The notes beneath the pieces are model-generated. The model searched no databases and was not told the DNA's origin. It worked only from the letters and a program-made list of their open reading frames with translations. From positions 30,724 through 94,723 of the forward strand of contig JAWVYS010000005.1 in assembly GCA_033722555.1 (NCBI GenBank): a stretch of 64,000 nucleotides of DNA, written 5' to 3'. Position 1 is the stretch's first letter. Each line of letters begins with the position of its first letter. Source of the stretch: Brumimicrobium sp. GTDB lineage: Bacteria; Bacteroidota; Bacteroidia; Flavobacteriales_D; Crocinitomicaceae. The position numbers and the translations under genes were made by a program. This document shows, in pieces, positions 49,383-59,491 of this stretch.

Positions 49383-50701
49383 AAGAAATAAACGTTTTAT
49401 ACATTGATGATGAAGAGATAAATCTGGAGGTATTCCTTTCTTCCTTCAGAAAAATTTTCAGGATATTTCTGGCTCAGTCAGCGGAGGAAGGATTAAAGAT
49501 ATTGAATCGGGAAAATATCCATGTGGTTATCGCTGACCAAAGGATGCCCGAAAAAAGCGGTAATGCCTTTTTTGAAGAGATCAAAGAACATTATCCTGAT
49601 ATTGTGAGGATTATTCTTACGGCATATGCAGATTATGAAACGGCTTATGACAGCATCAATCGGGGTTATGTATTTCGTTTTCTTCAGAAGCCGTGGGATT
49701 TTTACGAATTGGTTAAAACGATCGAAGATGGTTACAGACTCTATACTCTAACCAAAAGTAATAAACAGCTTTTGGAGGAATATCAGTTTCTTTTTCAAAG
49801 CCATAATTTGCCTATTCTGATTATTGACAGAGACACTCACTTTATTGCGGAGTTGAATGAGGCAGCATCCGTATATTTTAATCTTGACAAGGATTTTCGT
49901 GCACAAAACATTAATAATTTTCTTTCCCTGAACAAAGTTTTTTCACAAGAGAATAAATTGCATTACATCCGGAATGGTAACAATGAGTTAAGACAGGCAT
50001 TTGTTCGATTGAAACAAGTGAAATGGAAGGATTTACCTGCTTATTTGCTCACGATTGAGGATCAAACAGAACTGCTCCAATTTGAAAAGGCTAAACTTAA
50101 TTATGTAAGTGAAGTACAGGCTTATGAGCGTAAAAAACTCTCTATGGAACTGCACGATGGCATCGCTCAGGAATTAACTCTGTTGAAACTATTTGTCGAA
50201 TCGGGAATGAATGAAGATTCAGAAGAGTATCAAGGTTTTATGACCAGTTATCGGCAGATCGTGGGCAGCATAAGAGAACTCTCCTATAATCTCAACCCTC
50301 CTGACCTTAAGGAGGGCTTTTCTACTGCTCTCGAAAAATTATTCAATCGGCTTAACAAGGCGAGTGAAGTGAATTTCACTTTTATAAATGAAGCAATCGA
50401 TCGAATGGATCCTTTTCTGAGTAAAAACCGGTCTTATCATTTATACCGAATTACCCAGGAGTTCATAAATAATGCACTGAAATATTCGGGAGCTTCTGAG
50501 ATTAAATGTGAGATCCGTGCTGAGCAGAGTCACGTGGTGATGGAACTGAGTGATAACGGTGAGGGGTTTGAAGTAGAATTAGCGACGAAAGGAGATGGCT
50601 TGAAAAATATGGCAGAGCGCTCAAGAATAGTGGGTATGGAATTTTCTCTGGTAAGTGCTCCGGGTGCCGGAACCAAATTAGCTCTTTCGGGTTATCTTTA
50701 A
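49379..50701 (+). CDS. Hybrid receiver-PAS-like-HisKA_3 histidine kinase
   Basis: N-terminal REC (ADQRMP, KPWD), ELHDGIAQ, QEFINNALKYS, DNGEGF, GDGLKNM. Confidence 0.9.
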   Translation: MKEINVLYIDDEEINLEVFLSSFRKIFRIFLAQSAEEGLKILNRENIHVVIADQRMPEKSGNAFFEEIKEHYPDIVRIILTAYADYETAYDSINRGYVFRFLQKPWDFYELVKTIEDGYRLYTLTKSNKQLLEEYQFLFQSHNLPILIIDRDTHFIAELNEAASVYFNLDKDFRAQNINNFLSLNKVFSQENKLHYIRNGNNELRQAFVRLKQVKWKDLPAYLLTIEDQTELLQFEKAKLNYVSEVQAYERKKLSMELHDGIAQELTLLKLFVESGMNEDSEEYQGFMTSYRQIVGSIRELSYNLNPPDLKEGFSTALEKLFNRLNKASEVNFTFINEAIDRMDPFLSKNRSYHLYRITQEFINNALKYSGASEIKCEIRAEQSHVVMELSDNGEGFEVELATKGDGLKNMAERSRIVGMEFSLVSAPGAGTKLALSGYL

Positions 50702-51117
50702 TTCTGGTCCAATTTATTTCTTACCTCCTCACAGATATAGTTGTTACCATTCAGAACCTCTGTTATCGCGTGCAGCAGCTCTTTTCTGGGACTAACCTTG
50801 GTGACGTAACCATCCACTCCGTTTTTGAGCATTTCATTGACGTGGGAACGATCGCTGTGCATGGACAGGGCAATAATCCTTATTTCCGAGTTATTTTTTT
50901 TAATACGTGTAGTTGCCTGAAGTCCGTTGCCTTTTTTCAAATTGATATCCATCAGTACGATGTCCGGATTCAGATTTTTCGCCGTATGAACGGCTTCAGA
51001 TTCATTTGTGCAAATTCCCACTACCTTATAACCTTCATCTGAAATAATTTTTTGCCAGGCCTGACCCAGGGCTATATGATCTTCTACGATCAATACTTTA
51101 AATTGTTTATCTGACAT
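50698..51117 (-). CDS. NarL-type receiver-only response regulator
   Basis: VEDH, MDINL, LSMH, YVTK; ends at 139 aa before any LuxR HTH. Confidence 0.88.
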   Translation of the reverse strand: MSDKQFKVLIVEDHIALGQAWQKIISDEGYKVVGICTNESEAVHTAKNLNPDIVLMDINLKKGNGLQATTRIKKNNSEIRIIALSMHSDRSHVNEMLKNGVDGYVTKVSPRKELLHAITEVLNGNNYICEEVRNKLDQN

Positions 51118-51186
51118 CTTGAACCGGGAGATTGATGATATGCTGATTAAACAATCGAGTTCAAAATAAGTTCTTTTTTTTGTTGA

Positions 51187-52659
51187 TTATTGATAAGACC
51201 AGGTTGCTCCGTCTTTATTGTCTTTGACTTCTATATTTGCCTCTGCTAGTTTGTCTCTGATCTTATCCGCTTTTGACCAGTCTTTATTTGCTCTTGCTTC
51301 AGCTCTCAGGTCAAGGATTAATTCCATGAGCGTATCTATTCCTTCATTTTCTGTCTTTTCCAGTTTTGCCAGACCAAGTACATCAAATATGAATTCATTC
51401 ATTTTGCGAATGAGCAATTTTTTATCGTTTGGAGAGAGTTTATCTGCCCCATTATTTACAGAGTGGATCAGTTTTACAGCATCGAATAAATGTGCGATGA
51501 GTACAGGGGTGTTGAAGTCATCATTCATTGCCTCATAAAACTTCTCTATCAGCGATTCAACATTTATTGAGGATTCCTTGGATGCGGGAAGTTTTTCAAG
51601 CACATCAAGAGATTCCATCAAACGATGAAAACCTTTTTCTGCAGAACCCAAGGCTTCTGAACTGAAATCCAGCGTGCTTCTGTAGTGTGCCTGCATCATA
51701 AAAAAGCGAACAATGAGGGGGTGATAACGCTTATTCAGCAGGTCATTCTCTCCACTGAAAAGCTGGTCGGGTAACAACATGTTCCCCGTTGATTTACTCA
51801 TTTTTTTACCATTGAGTGTTAGCATATTTGCATGCATCCAATATAGCACCGGTTTTTTACCTGTTGCTGCCGTTCCTTGAGCAATTTCACATTCATGATG
51901 GGGAAATTTGAGATCCATTCCGCCTCCGTGTATGTCGAACTGTTCACCTAAATATTTTGTACTCATTGCGGAGCATTCCAGATGCCAGCCCGGAAATCCC
52001 ATCCCCCACGGGGAAGGCCATTTCATGATGTGTTCGGGTTTTGCATTTTTCCAAAGAGCAAAATCGAGTGGAGATTTTTTTTCGTCCTGACCGTCCAACG
52101 AGCGTGTTCCGGATATCAGGTCTTCAATTTTTCGTTTAGAAAGTTCTCCGTAATTATGCTTTGTGTCATATTTTTCTACGTCGAAATATACGGAACCATT
52201 TACCTCATAAGCCAAGCCGGCCGATAGTATTTTTTTTACCAGTTCGATCTGCTCCACAATATGCCCGGTGGCTGTTGGCTCTATATTCGGAGGAAGGTTA
52301 TTGAACTTCCGAAGGATTTCGTGGAAATATATGGTGTACTGTTGTACTATTTCCATAGGCTCGAGCTGTTCCAAACGCGCTTTTTTGGATATTTTATCTT
52401 CCCCTTCCTCTGCATCGTTTTCGAGATGTCCTGCATCAGTGATGTTTCTGACGTAACGAACTTTATATCCGAGGTGTTTGAGATAACGGTAAACCGTATC
52501 AAAGGAAATAAAGGTTCTACAGTTACCCAGATGAACATAATTATATACGGTAGGCCCACAAACATAAAGACCAACAAATCCGGGGTTCATCGGCTGAAAG
52601 TTTTCTTTCGTGCCGCTAAAGCTGTTGTAGATTTTCAGTTCATCTTTGGGAATTTCCAT
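51187..52659 (-). CDS. cysS: Cysteine--tRNA ligase
   Basis: [39 protein letters not shown]. Confidence 0.98.
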   Translation of the reverse strand: MEIPKDELKIYNSFSGTKENFQPMNPGFVGLYVCGPTVYNYVHLGNCRTFISFDTVYRYLKHLGYKVRYVRNITDAGHLENDAEEGEDKISKKARLEQLEPMEIVQQYTIYFHEILRKFNNLPPNIEPTATGHIVEQIELVKKILSAGLAYEVNGSVYFDVEKYDTKHNYGELSKRKIEDLISGTRSLDGQDEKKSPLDFALWKNAKPEHIMKWPSPWGMGFPGWHLECSAMSTKYLGEQFDIHGGGMDLKFPHHECEIAQGTAATGKKPVLYWMHANMLTLNGKKMSKSTGNMLLPDQLFSGENDLLNKRYHPLIVRFFMMQAHYRSTLDFSSEALGSAEKGFHRLMESLDVLEKLPASKESSINVESLIEKFYEAMNDDFNTPVLIAHLFDAVKLIHSVNNGADKLSPNDKKLLIRKMNEFIFDVLGLAKLEKTENEGIDTLMELILDLRAEARANKDWSKADKIRDKLAEANIEVKDNKDGATWSYQ

Positions 52660-52756
52660 ATCCTGACCGGTTTTACTATTGTTTCGCGAAAATACGATTT
52701 TTTTAAACGAAAAAAGGGAACCTTTTCGGGCTCCCTTCTAAATTTTATCAGTACAA

Positions 52757-53632
52757 TTATAATTGTCCGTCGGAATGGTATTTTCCTTCTTTGTAAACTT
52801 CAACTTTCAACAGAAGTCCGTCCTCATCGTAAACATAAAGTCTACCGTCGTATAATCTTCCGTTTTTGAATTCACCCTCCATCCAAAGTTCTTTGTCGTC
52901 GTTATACACTTTGTTGTAACCATTCGGTTTGAAATCGCTTCCTCCTTGGGGCTTCGGAGCTTGTTTGGTATTTCCTGTCGATGGAGTTTCAAGGTCCACA
53001 GGAGGATTTTTTCTTTCAATGGTTCCTGAAGTTGAAACAACCGTTCCGTCTGCACCGTAGGTGATTTCTTCTTTGATATCACCGTTTGGCCAGTATCTGG
53101 TTGCTTTTCCTGTTGGGACACCGTTTTGAGCGTTATAAACGAATTGAGGTTTTCCATTATCATGGTAATGCACGACTTTTCCTTCTTCCTTACCGGCGTC
53201 GTTATAAGAACTTTCGTAAACCTTTATACCGTTTTCATTGAATCTGGTCAATGAATCTACATAGCGCATTTTATTAAAGGTTCCCTGTTCTTTTACTTTT
53301 CCGTTTGGATGGTATTTAATAAAAGGGCCGTTTGGACGGTTATTAACGAATTCACCTTCAGTTCTTGGAGTTTCACCGTCTTTGTAATACATGATCCAGC
53401 GACCATTCTTACGATCGTCTTTGTAGGTGCCTTCAGAAATCTTACCCTCCATTGGGTAACCTTTTTCGGGCTCATCCTTCCCAAAGAAAATCCACTTTCC
53501 CTGCTTTTGACCTTTTTCGTCCTTCTGATTAAGTTTCGGCTCGTCCTGTTTTTCATCAGGAACGATGGTCTCCCCAAAACTGTAACATGCTAATCCAAAG
53601 ATTGCTGTTAATGTCCAAAGTAAATTTTTCAT
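52757..53632 (-). CDS. Secreted MORN-variant repeat protein
   Basis: Likely start MKNLLWT at 53632; signal peptide; G.W..YY..G repeats. Confidence 0.82.
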   Translation of the reverse strand: MKNLLWTLTAIFGLACYSFGETIVPDEKQDEPKLNQKDEKGQKQGKWIFFGKDEPEKGYPMEGKISEGTYKDDRKNGRWIMYYKDGETPRTEGEFVNNRPNGPFIKYHPNGKVKEQGTFNKMRYVDSLTRFNENGIKVYESSYNDAGKEEGKVVHYHDNGKPQFVYNAQNGVPTGKATRYWPNGDIKEEITYGADGTVVSTSGTIERKNPPVDLETPSTGNTKQAPKPQGGSDFKPNGYNKVYNDDKELWMEGEFKNGRLYDGRLYVYDEDGLLLKVEVYKEGKYHSDGQL

Positions 53633-53762
53633 ATGCAAAAAATTAAAATTTCTCAATAGCGCAAACACAATATATGCAAAGTTTCGTTAAAAGCCATCAC
53701 CTGACCTAATTTTTTAGACAAAACTATCAATGTTATAGACGAATGCCTTTTATTTGAGTTGC

Positions 53763-54722
53763 CTAAAATAATAATTTTGGATCAACTTTTTTTAACATTA
53801 CATCTACTGTTTTGTTTAAATCATAACTCGGTGACCACTCCCAATCGTCTCTTGCGCACTGATCATCAATGGATTGTGGCCAGCTATCAGCTATGGCTTG
53901 TCGAAAGTCAGGTGCATATTCTATGCCAAAATCCGGAAGTCTTTTTTTAATTTCTTCGGCGAGTTCTTCAGGAGTGAAGCTTATGCCCGATAAATTATAA
54001 GAGGTTCGGATTTTTATGTCTTCCTCAGGAGCCTCCATCAGATTGAGGGTTGCACGGATTGCATCTTCCATGAACATCATAGGTAAAGCGGTATCTTTTT
54101 TAAGGAAGCAGGTGTAACGGTTGTATTCTTTAGCATGATAGAAAATATCCACCGCATAATCGGTAGTTCCACCGCCGGGAAGTGAAGTATAAGAAATCAA
54201 ACCCGGATAACGAATGCTTCGTACATCTACACCGTATTTTCGATGATAATAAGCACACCACTGTTCGCCGGCCTGTTTAGATATTCCATAAATGGTTGTT
54301 GGCTCCATGATCGTATGTTGAGGAGTGTTTACGCGGGGGGTTGTTGGACCAAATACTGCAATTGAACTCGGCCAGAATATTTTTTTGATGATTCCTTCTT
54401 TTGCCAGGTTGAGCACGTTAAAAAGTCCGTCCATATTAAGTTCCCAGGCAAAAGCGGGATTTTTTTCGGCGGTGGCAGACAATAGTGCCGCCAGTAAGTA
54501 TATTTCCGTTACTTGTTCAGATCGAACCAATTGCTCTAATCCTTTTTTATCTAACACATTTAGTGACCGGTAGTTGGATTCTTTAAGCGCTTTGGGACAG
54601 TCTTCTTTCACGTCTGAGGCTATCACAGCGTCTTTTCCGAATTTCTGCTCCATGCCTAAAACTAGTTCTGTTCCTATTTGTCCTGCAGCACCTATTACCA
54701 GAATTTTTTTCATTTTATCCAT
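53763..54722 (-). CDS. NAD-dependent epimerase/dehydratase family (SDR-type L-threonine 3-dehydrogenase-like)
   Basis: GAAGQIG, LSATAE.NP, YGISK, GGGTTDYAV, RQAIADSWP. Confidence 0.88.
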   Translation of the reverse strand: MDKMKKILVIGAAGQIGTELVLGMEQKFGKDAVIASDVKEDCPKALKESNYRSLNVLDKKGLEQLVRSEQVTEIYLLAALLSATAEKNPAFAWELNMDGLFNVLNLAKEGIIKKIFWPSSIAVFGPTTPRVNTPQHTIMEPTTIYGISKQAGEQWCAYYHRKYGVDVRSIRYPGLISYTSLPGGGTTDYAVDIFYHAKEYNRYTCFLKKDTALPMMFMEDAIRATLNLMEAPEEDIKIRTSYNLSGISFTPEELAEEIKKRLPDFGIEYAPDFRQAIADSWPQSIDDQCARDDWEWSPSYDLNKTVDVMLKKVDPKLLF

Positions 54723-55031
54723 CTTTTTAAGTTAGCTTCTCTTCGATGCGAATATAAGGACTTGTCAGAATTAATCTTGAATTCGAATTTTTTTAATACG
54801 TCCATATTTTGTCATCAAGAACTGATTTAAATCAGGAAATGACCGAATCTCTTTGCTGAATAATATGATAACCGCTATCAATTTTTTATATTTGTCTAAA
54901 CAGATCTTTTTATGAGTAGTTTTTTTCATTTCACTAAGAGAACTAAACGGCTTTTAAAGCGAAATCCGGAATGAGTCAGTATCATATTCGGTTAAAGTCA
55001 AATCATTCATAAATATTAAATTATATTCATT

Positions 55032-56192
55032 ATGCCATTTTATTATAAACTTGGTAAAATTCCTCATAAGAGACACACAACCTTTAAAAAGGAGGACGGT
55101 GGTTATTATTATGAGCAACTCTTCGGAACGGAAGGGTTTAGCGGAATGGCCTCACTGATGTATCATGTACACAGACCTACAATGGTTAAGGAAATAGGTG
55201 AATCGAAAGACCTTGCTCCTAAAGCGGCCGTAAACAAGAACATCAAGAGTCAGATGCTGAACGGGTTCAACGTGAAGCCCGAAAAGGATTTCCTGGATAG
55301 CCGTAAAACGGTTCTTTTCAATAATGATCTCAATATTGTTCTTGCCGGTCCGCAAAATTCTCTAAAGGACTATTTTTACAAAAATGCCGATGCGGATGAA
55401 ATGATATTCATTCATCGGGGTACCGGAGTTTTAAGAACCATGCTTGGAAACATTAAATTTGGTCCCGGTGATTATCTGGTGATTCCCCGGGGGATTATTT
55501 ATCAGATTTCCTTTGATTCAGATGATAACAGACTGTTTATCGTTGAGTCTTTTTCTCCTTTGTACACGCCAAAGCGTTACAGAAATAAATTCGGTCAGTT
55601 GATGGAGCATTCTCCTTTCTGTGAAAGAGATCTGAGAGCGCCTGAAGAACTTGAAACGCATGATCAGAAAGGAGAATTTTTAATTAAAATCCGTAAGGAG
55701 AATACTTTACATCAAATTACCTATGCCTCCCATCCTTTTGATGTAGTGGGCTGGGACGGATATAACTTCCCTTATGCGTTTAATATAAAGGATTTCGAAC
55801 CTATTACGGGTCGAGTGCATCAGCCGCCACCCGTACATCAGACTTTCGAGGCGCATAACTTTGTTGTTTGTTCCTTTGTTCCAAGGCTATACGACTATCA
55901 TCCAGAGGCGGTTCCAGCACCATACAATCACAGTAATATAGATTCTGATGAGGTACTATATTATGTAGATGGTGATTTTATGTCCAGAAATCATGTAGAC
56001 AAAGGTTTCATCTCCCTACATCCTGCCGGTATTCCCCATGGGCCTCATCCGGGTGCAATGGAGCGCAGCATCGGAAAAAAAGAGACAGAAGAATTGGCGG
56101 TAATGGTGGATACTTTTAAACCTCTCCGCCTCACTCAGACAGCGCTGGATATTTCAGATCCTGATTACGCGTACAGTTGGCTGGAAGATTAA
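55032..56192 (+). CDS. hmgA: Homogentisate 1,2-dioxygenase
   Basis: HQPPPVHQTF, PYNHSNIDSDE, HPAGIPHGP; adjacent to hppD. Confidence 0.93.
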   Translation: MPFYYKLGKIPHKRHTTFKKEDGGYYYEQLFGTEGFSGMASLMYHVHRPTMVKEIGESKDLAPKAAVNKNIKSQMLNGFNVKPEKDFLDSRKTVLFNNDLNIVLAGPQNSLKDYFYKNADADEMIFIHRGTGVLRTMLGNIKFGPGDYLVIPRGIIYQISFDSDDNRLFIVESFSPLYTPKRYRNKFGQLMEHSPFCERDLRAPEELETHDQKGEFLIKIRKENTLHQITYASHPFDVVGWDGYNFPYAFNIKDFEPITGRVHQPPPVHQTFEAHNFVVCSFVPRLYDYHPEAVPAPYNHSNIDSDEVLYYVDGDFMSRNHVDKGFISLHPAGIPHGPHPGAMERSIGKKETEELAVMVDTFKPLRLTQTALDISDPDYAYSWLED

Positions 56193-56212
56193 TTACATTA
56201 AATAAGATTATT

Positions 56213-57373
56213 ATGAGTAGAGATTTAAAAAGTGTAGAATACGGTTTGGAAAAGATATTTGAGGGAGCACAAGATTTCCTTCCTTTATTGGGAACCGACT
56301 ACGTCGAATTTTATGTGGGAAATGCAAAGCAAGCAGCTCATTTTTATAAAACAGCCTTCGGTTTTCAGTCGCATGCGTATGCCGGGCTTGAAACAGGGGT
56401 TCGCGACCGAGCCTCCTATGTACTTAAGCAGAATAAAATCCGCATTGTACTGACTACGGCTCTCAACAGTGATTCTCCGATTGGTGAGCATGTGAAAAAA
56501 CACGGAGACGGTGTTAAGGTTGTGGCTCTTTGGGTTGAAGATGCACGCAGCGCATGGGAGGAAACAACGAAGCGAGGTGCGAAGTCCTTCATGGAGCCTA
56601 CGGTAGAGAAGGACGAACACGGTGAAGTCGTTCGATCAGGTATTTATACCTACGGGGAAACGGTTCACGTTTTCGTTGAAAGAAAAAATTACAACGGACC
56701 TTTTTTACCCGGGTACAAAGAGTGGAAATCTGATTACAATCCAAAACCTACCGGTCTGAAATTCATAGATCACATGGTCGGTAATGTAGGCTGGAACGAG
56801 ATGAATACCTGGGTAAAATGGTATGAGGACGTTATGGGATTTGTGAACTTCTTATCCTTCGATGACAAACAGATACATACTGAATATTCAGCGTTGATGT
56901 CAAAAGTGATGTCTAACGGTAACGGAAGGATAAAATTTCCGATTAACGAGCCTGCAGAGGGTAAGAAAAGATCACAGATTGAAGAATACTTGGATTTTTA
57001 TGAAGGACCGGGTGTTCAGCATATTGCAGTGGCCACCGATGACATCATAAAAACTGTAGCCGATCTCAGAAGCCGGGGTATTGAATTTTTGTCGGTGCCC
57101 CCGCAAACATATTACGACATGATTCCTGCGCGTTTGGGAAAACACATGAAAGATATGAAAGAAGAAATTTCTGAACTGCAAAAATTAGGAATCATGGTGG
57201 ATGCCGACGAAGAAGGGTATTTACTGCAGATATTCACCAAACCTGTTGAAGACAGACCAACCCTGTTTTTTGAGATTATTCAACGCATGGGTGCTCGCGG
57301 ATTCGGGGCAGGTAATTTCAAAGCTCTTTTTGAGTCTATTGAAAGAGAACAAGCCTCTAGAGGTACTCTCTGA
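56213..57373 (+). CDS. hppD: 4-hydroxyphenylpyruvate dioxygenase
   Basis: IDHMVGN, GVQHIAV, LLQIFTKP, FFEIIQR, GFGAGNFKALFESIE; start MSRDLK at 56213. Confidence 0.96.
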   Translation: MSRDLKSVEYGLEKIFEGAQDFLPLLGTDYVEFYVGNAKQAAHFYKTAFGFQSHAYAGLETGVRDRASYVLKQNKIRIVLTTALNSDSPIGEHVKKHGDGVKVVALWVEDARSAWEETTKRGAKSFMEPTVEKDEHGEVVRSGIYTYGETVHVFVERKNYNGPFLPGYKEWKSDYNPKPTGLKFIDHMVGNVGWNEMNTWVKWYEDVMGFVNFLSFDDKQIHTEYSALMSKVMSNGNGRIKFPINEPAEGKKRSQIEEYLDFYEGPGVQHIAVATDDIIKTVADLRSRGIEFLSVPPQTYYDMIPARLGKHMKDMKEEISELQKLGIMVDADEEGYLLQIFTKPVEDRPTLFFEIIQRMGARGFGAGNFKALFESIEREQASRGTL

Positions 57374-57391
57374 TTGAAAATTATTTAAAAG

Positions 57392-57433
57392 AAGGATCGA
57401 TTCTATGGTTAACTGGAATTGATCCTTTTTTTA
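57392..57433 (+). terminator. Intrinsic terminator after hppD
   Basis: AAGGATCGATTC/GAATTGATCCTT stem followed by a T tract. Confidence 0.8.
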
Positions 57434-57471
57434 TTTGTATTAACTTTATTAGCAATTTTAAAAAACTAGAT

Positions 57472-58224
57472 ATGTCTGAATATAGCACGCACGGAGAAAT
57501 CGTTCACAGAATAGGTGAACTGAGTGATAAACTTTCAAGAGGTAGCCTTTCTGAAGAAGAGCTTCTTGAGTTCGAAGGATTGTCTCGTGATCTCTATGAA
57601 CGCGTTGTTATTCTTAATTATAAAGCGAAGGAGAGTAAGGTTTACACCCGAAAGAATGGCGAAGTTGATCACAAGGAACAGGAGGCGAAAAAACCGGAAG
57701 AGAAGGAAGATAAAAAAGAAGCACTGAAGAAAACACGTGAAAGTGAGTCTTTTTCCGGAGAGATTGCTTTTGATTTTTCAACTCCTCAGACTGAAATGAG
57801 TTCTATGAAGGCCGCTCCGGTAGATGCTTTAAAAACCACCACGCTCGACGAAGAAAAGGAGAAGGTAAGCTCGAAGACGGAAGTGAGTTCGGATAAAAAT
57901 GAGACCGAAACAACCGACAGAGAGTCTTTTATCGACAGATTTAAACGGACAGAGGATAATTCGCTCATGAATAAACTGGCAGCTAAAAAAATAGAATCTT
58001 TGAAGGGTGCAATCGGCTTGAATGATAAGATGCAGTTCATTTCTGAACTGTTTAATAAAGACGCTGATTTATTCAATAAAACGATTGATTCTCTGGACAA
58101 TCAGGAAAGTCATGAAGCCGCGATTCGGCAGTTAAGTAAAATTGCCGTTGAACAAAATTGGGATTCAGATAGTTCTATAGTAGAGGACTTTGTTAAATTA
58201 ATTGATAGAAGATATGCTAAGTAG
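57472..58224 (+). CDS. Conserved hypothetical protein
   Basis: Charged low-complexity middle; C-terminal IGLNDKMQFISELF domain typical of Bacteroidota hypotheticals. Confidence 0.8.
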   Translation: MSEYSTHGEIVHRIGELSDKLSRGSLSEEELLEFEGLSRDLYERVVILNYKAKESKVYTRKNGEVDHKEQEAKKPEEKEDKKEALKKTRESESFSGEIAFDFSTPQTEMSSMKAAPVDALKTTTLDEEKEKVSSKTEVSSDKNETETTDRESFIDRFKRTEDNSLMNKLAAKKIESLKGAIGLNDKMQFISELFNKDADLFNKTIDSLDNQESHEAAIRQLSKIAVEQNWDSDSSIVEDFVKLIDRRYAK

Positions 58225-59491
58225 ATATGTATTAGTAGTATTTATTGGATTTTTTTATCTTGGATTAAACGCCCAGACGGAAAAAGCTAAAGAAGTTACA
58301 GCTGTGTTATGCAGTGATTCTCTATTCGGGAGAGGTTATGTAAACAACGGTGTAAACAAAGCAGCCGCTTACCTCATATCCGAATTCGAGCAATCGGGAT
58401 TAAAGCCTTTTTTCGGAGACGAATATTTTCAGACCTTTGATTTTAATGTCAATACGTTTCCGGGAAAAATGAAGGTGATGATCAACGAGAAGGAATTAGA
58501 ACCCGGTAAGGATTTCGTAGTTGATCATAATTCAGGAGGATTTACGGGAGAGTTAAATTTCACCTACATTGATACGACCTATCTGAAGGAGCCATCTGTT
58601 AAAACAACGGTCATGGCAGATATCGGTACAGGGGCTGCAAATGCTGTGTTCGTCGATACCCGGGGAGCAACCGTTTCTCAGGAAGCAGAACTGGCATATA
58701 ATCTCAGAGAACTGGCCAAACTGGTACCGGTGGTTATGACCACTGGACAAAAGTTCATCTGGGGAGTAGGAAGAAAACAGTTGAACAATCCGGTAGTTTT
58801 TATCAAGGAAGGGGTTATAAAAGATGAGAAGGAAATGAATGTGGAGCTCGATATTGAGGCACTTTACGTAACGAATTTCGAATGCATGAACGTGGCAGGT
58901 CATATACCTTCCAAAAAGAATCCTGAGGCAAAGACCATTGTATTTACTGCTCATTATGATCACCTGGGCGGTATGGGGAACGAGACCTATTTCCCTGGAG
59001 CCAACGATAATGCAAGTGGAACGGCGATGCTTATTTCCCTGGCTGATTACTTTCGTGAAAACCCCATAGAGGATTATCACCTCGTTTTTGTTGCATTTGC
59101 CGGTGAGGAGGCCGGATTGGTGGGATCAAAACATTTTGTCGGAATTAATTCACTTCCTCCAAGAAACATAGAATTTCTGATCAATCTGGATATTATGGGA
59201 AGCGGGGAAGAAGGAATTACTGCGGTGAATGGCTTGATTCACAAAAAGAAATTTAAAATGTTGAAAAAGATCAATAAAAAAGGCGATTACCTTCCTCAGA
59301 TTAAAGCCAGAGGAGAAACCGCAAACAGCGATCATTATCCTTTTCATCAAAAAGATGTACCCTGTTTCTTCATTTACACCATGGGACCCAATAAAAATTA
59401 CCACGATATTTATGACAAACAGGAAGAGTTAAGCTTTGCTGCTTATGATGAGATCGTTCACCTGATCGCTGATTTCGTCGAAAAGCTTTAA
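58214..59491 (+). CDS. M28 family metallopeptidase
   Basis: TAHYDHLG, GANDNASG, FAGEEAGLVGS, NLDIMG, SDHYPF, YH; start MLSRY at 58214. Confidence 0.92.
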   Translation: MLSRYVLVVFIGFFYLGLNAQTEKAKEVTAVLCSDSLFGRGYVNNGVNKAAAYLISEFEQSGLKPFFGDEYFQTFDFNVNTFPGKMKVMINEKELEPGKDFVVDHNSGGFTGELNFTYIDTTYLKEPSVKTTVMADIGTGAANAVFVDTRGATVSQEAELAYNLRELAKLVPVVMTTGQKFIWGVGRKQLNNPVVFIKEGVIKDEKEMNVELDIEALYVTNFECMNVAGHIPSKKNPEAKTIVFTAHYDHLGGMGNETYFPGANDNASGTAMLISLADYFRENPIEDYHLVFVAFAGEEAGLVGSKHFVGINSLPPRNIEFLINLDIMGSGEEGITAVNGLIHKKKFKMLKKINKKGDYLPQIKARGETANSDHYPFHQKDVPCFFIYTMGPNKNYHDIYDKQEELSFAAYDEIVHLIADFVEKL

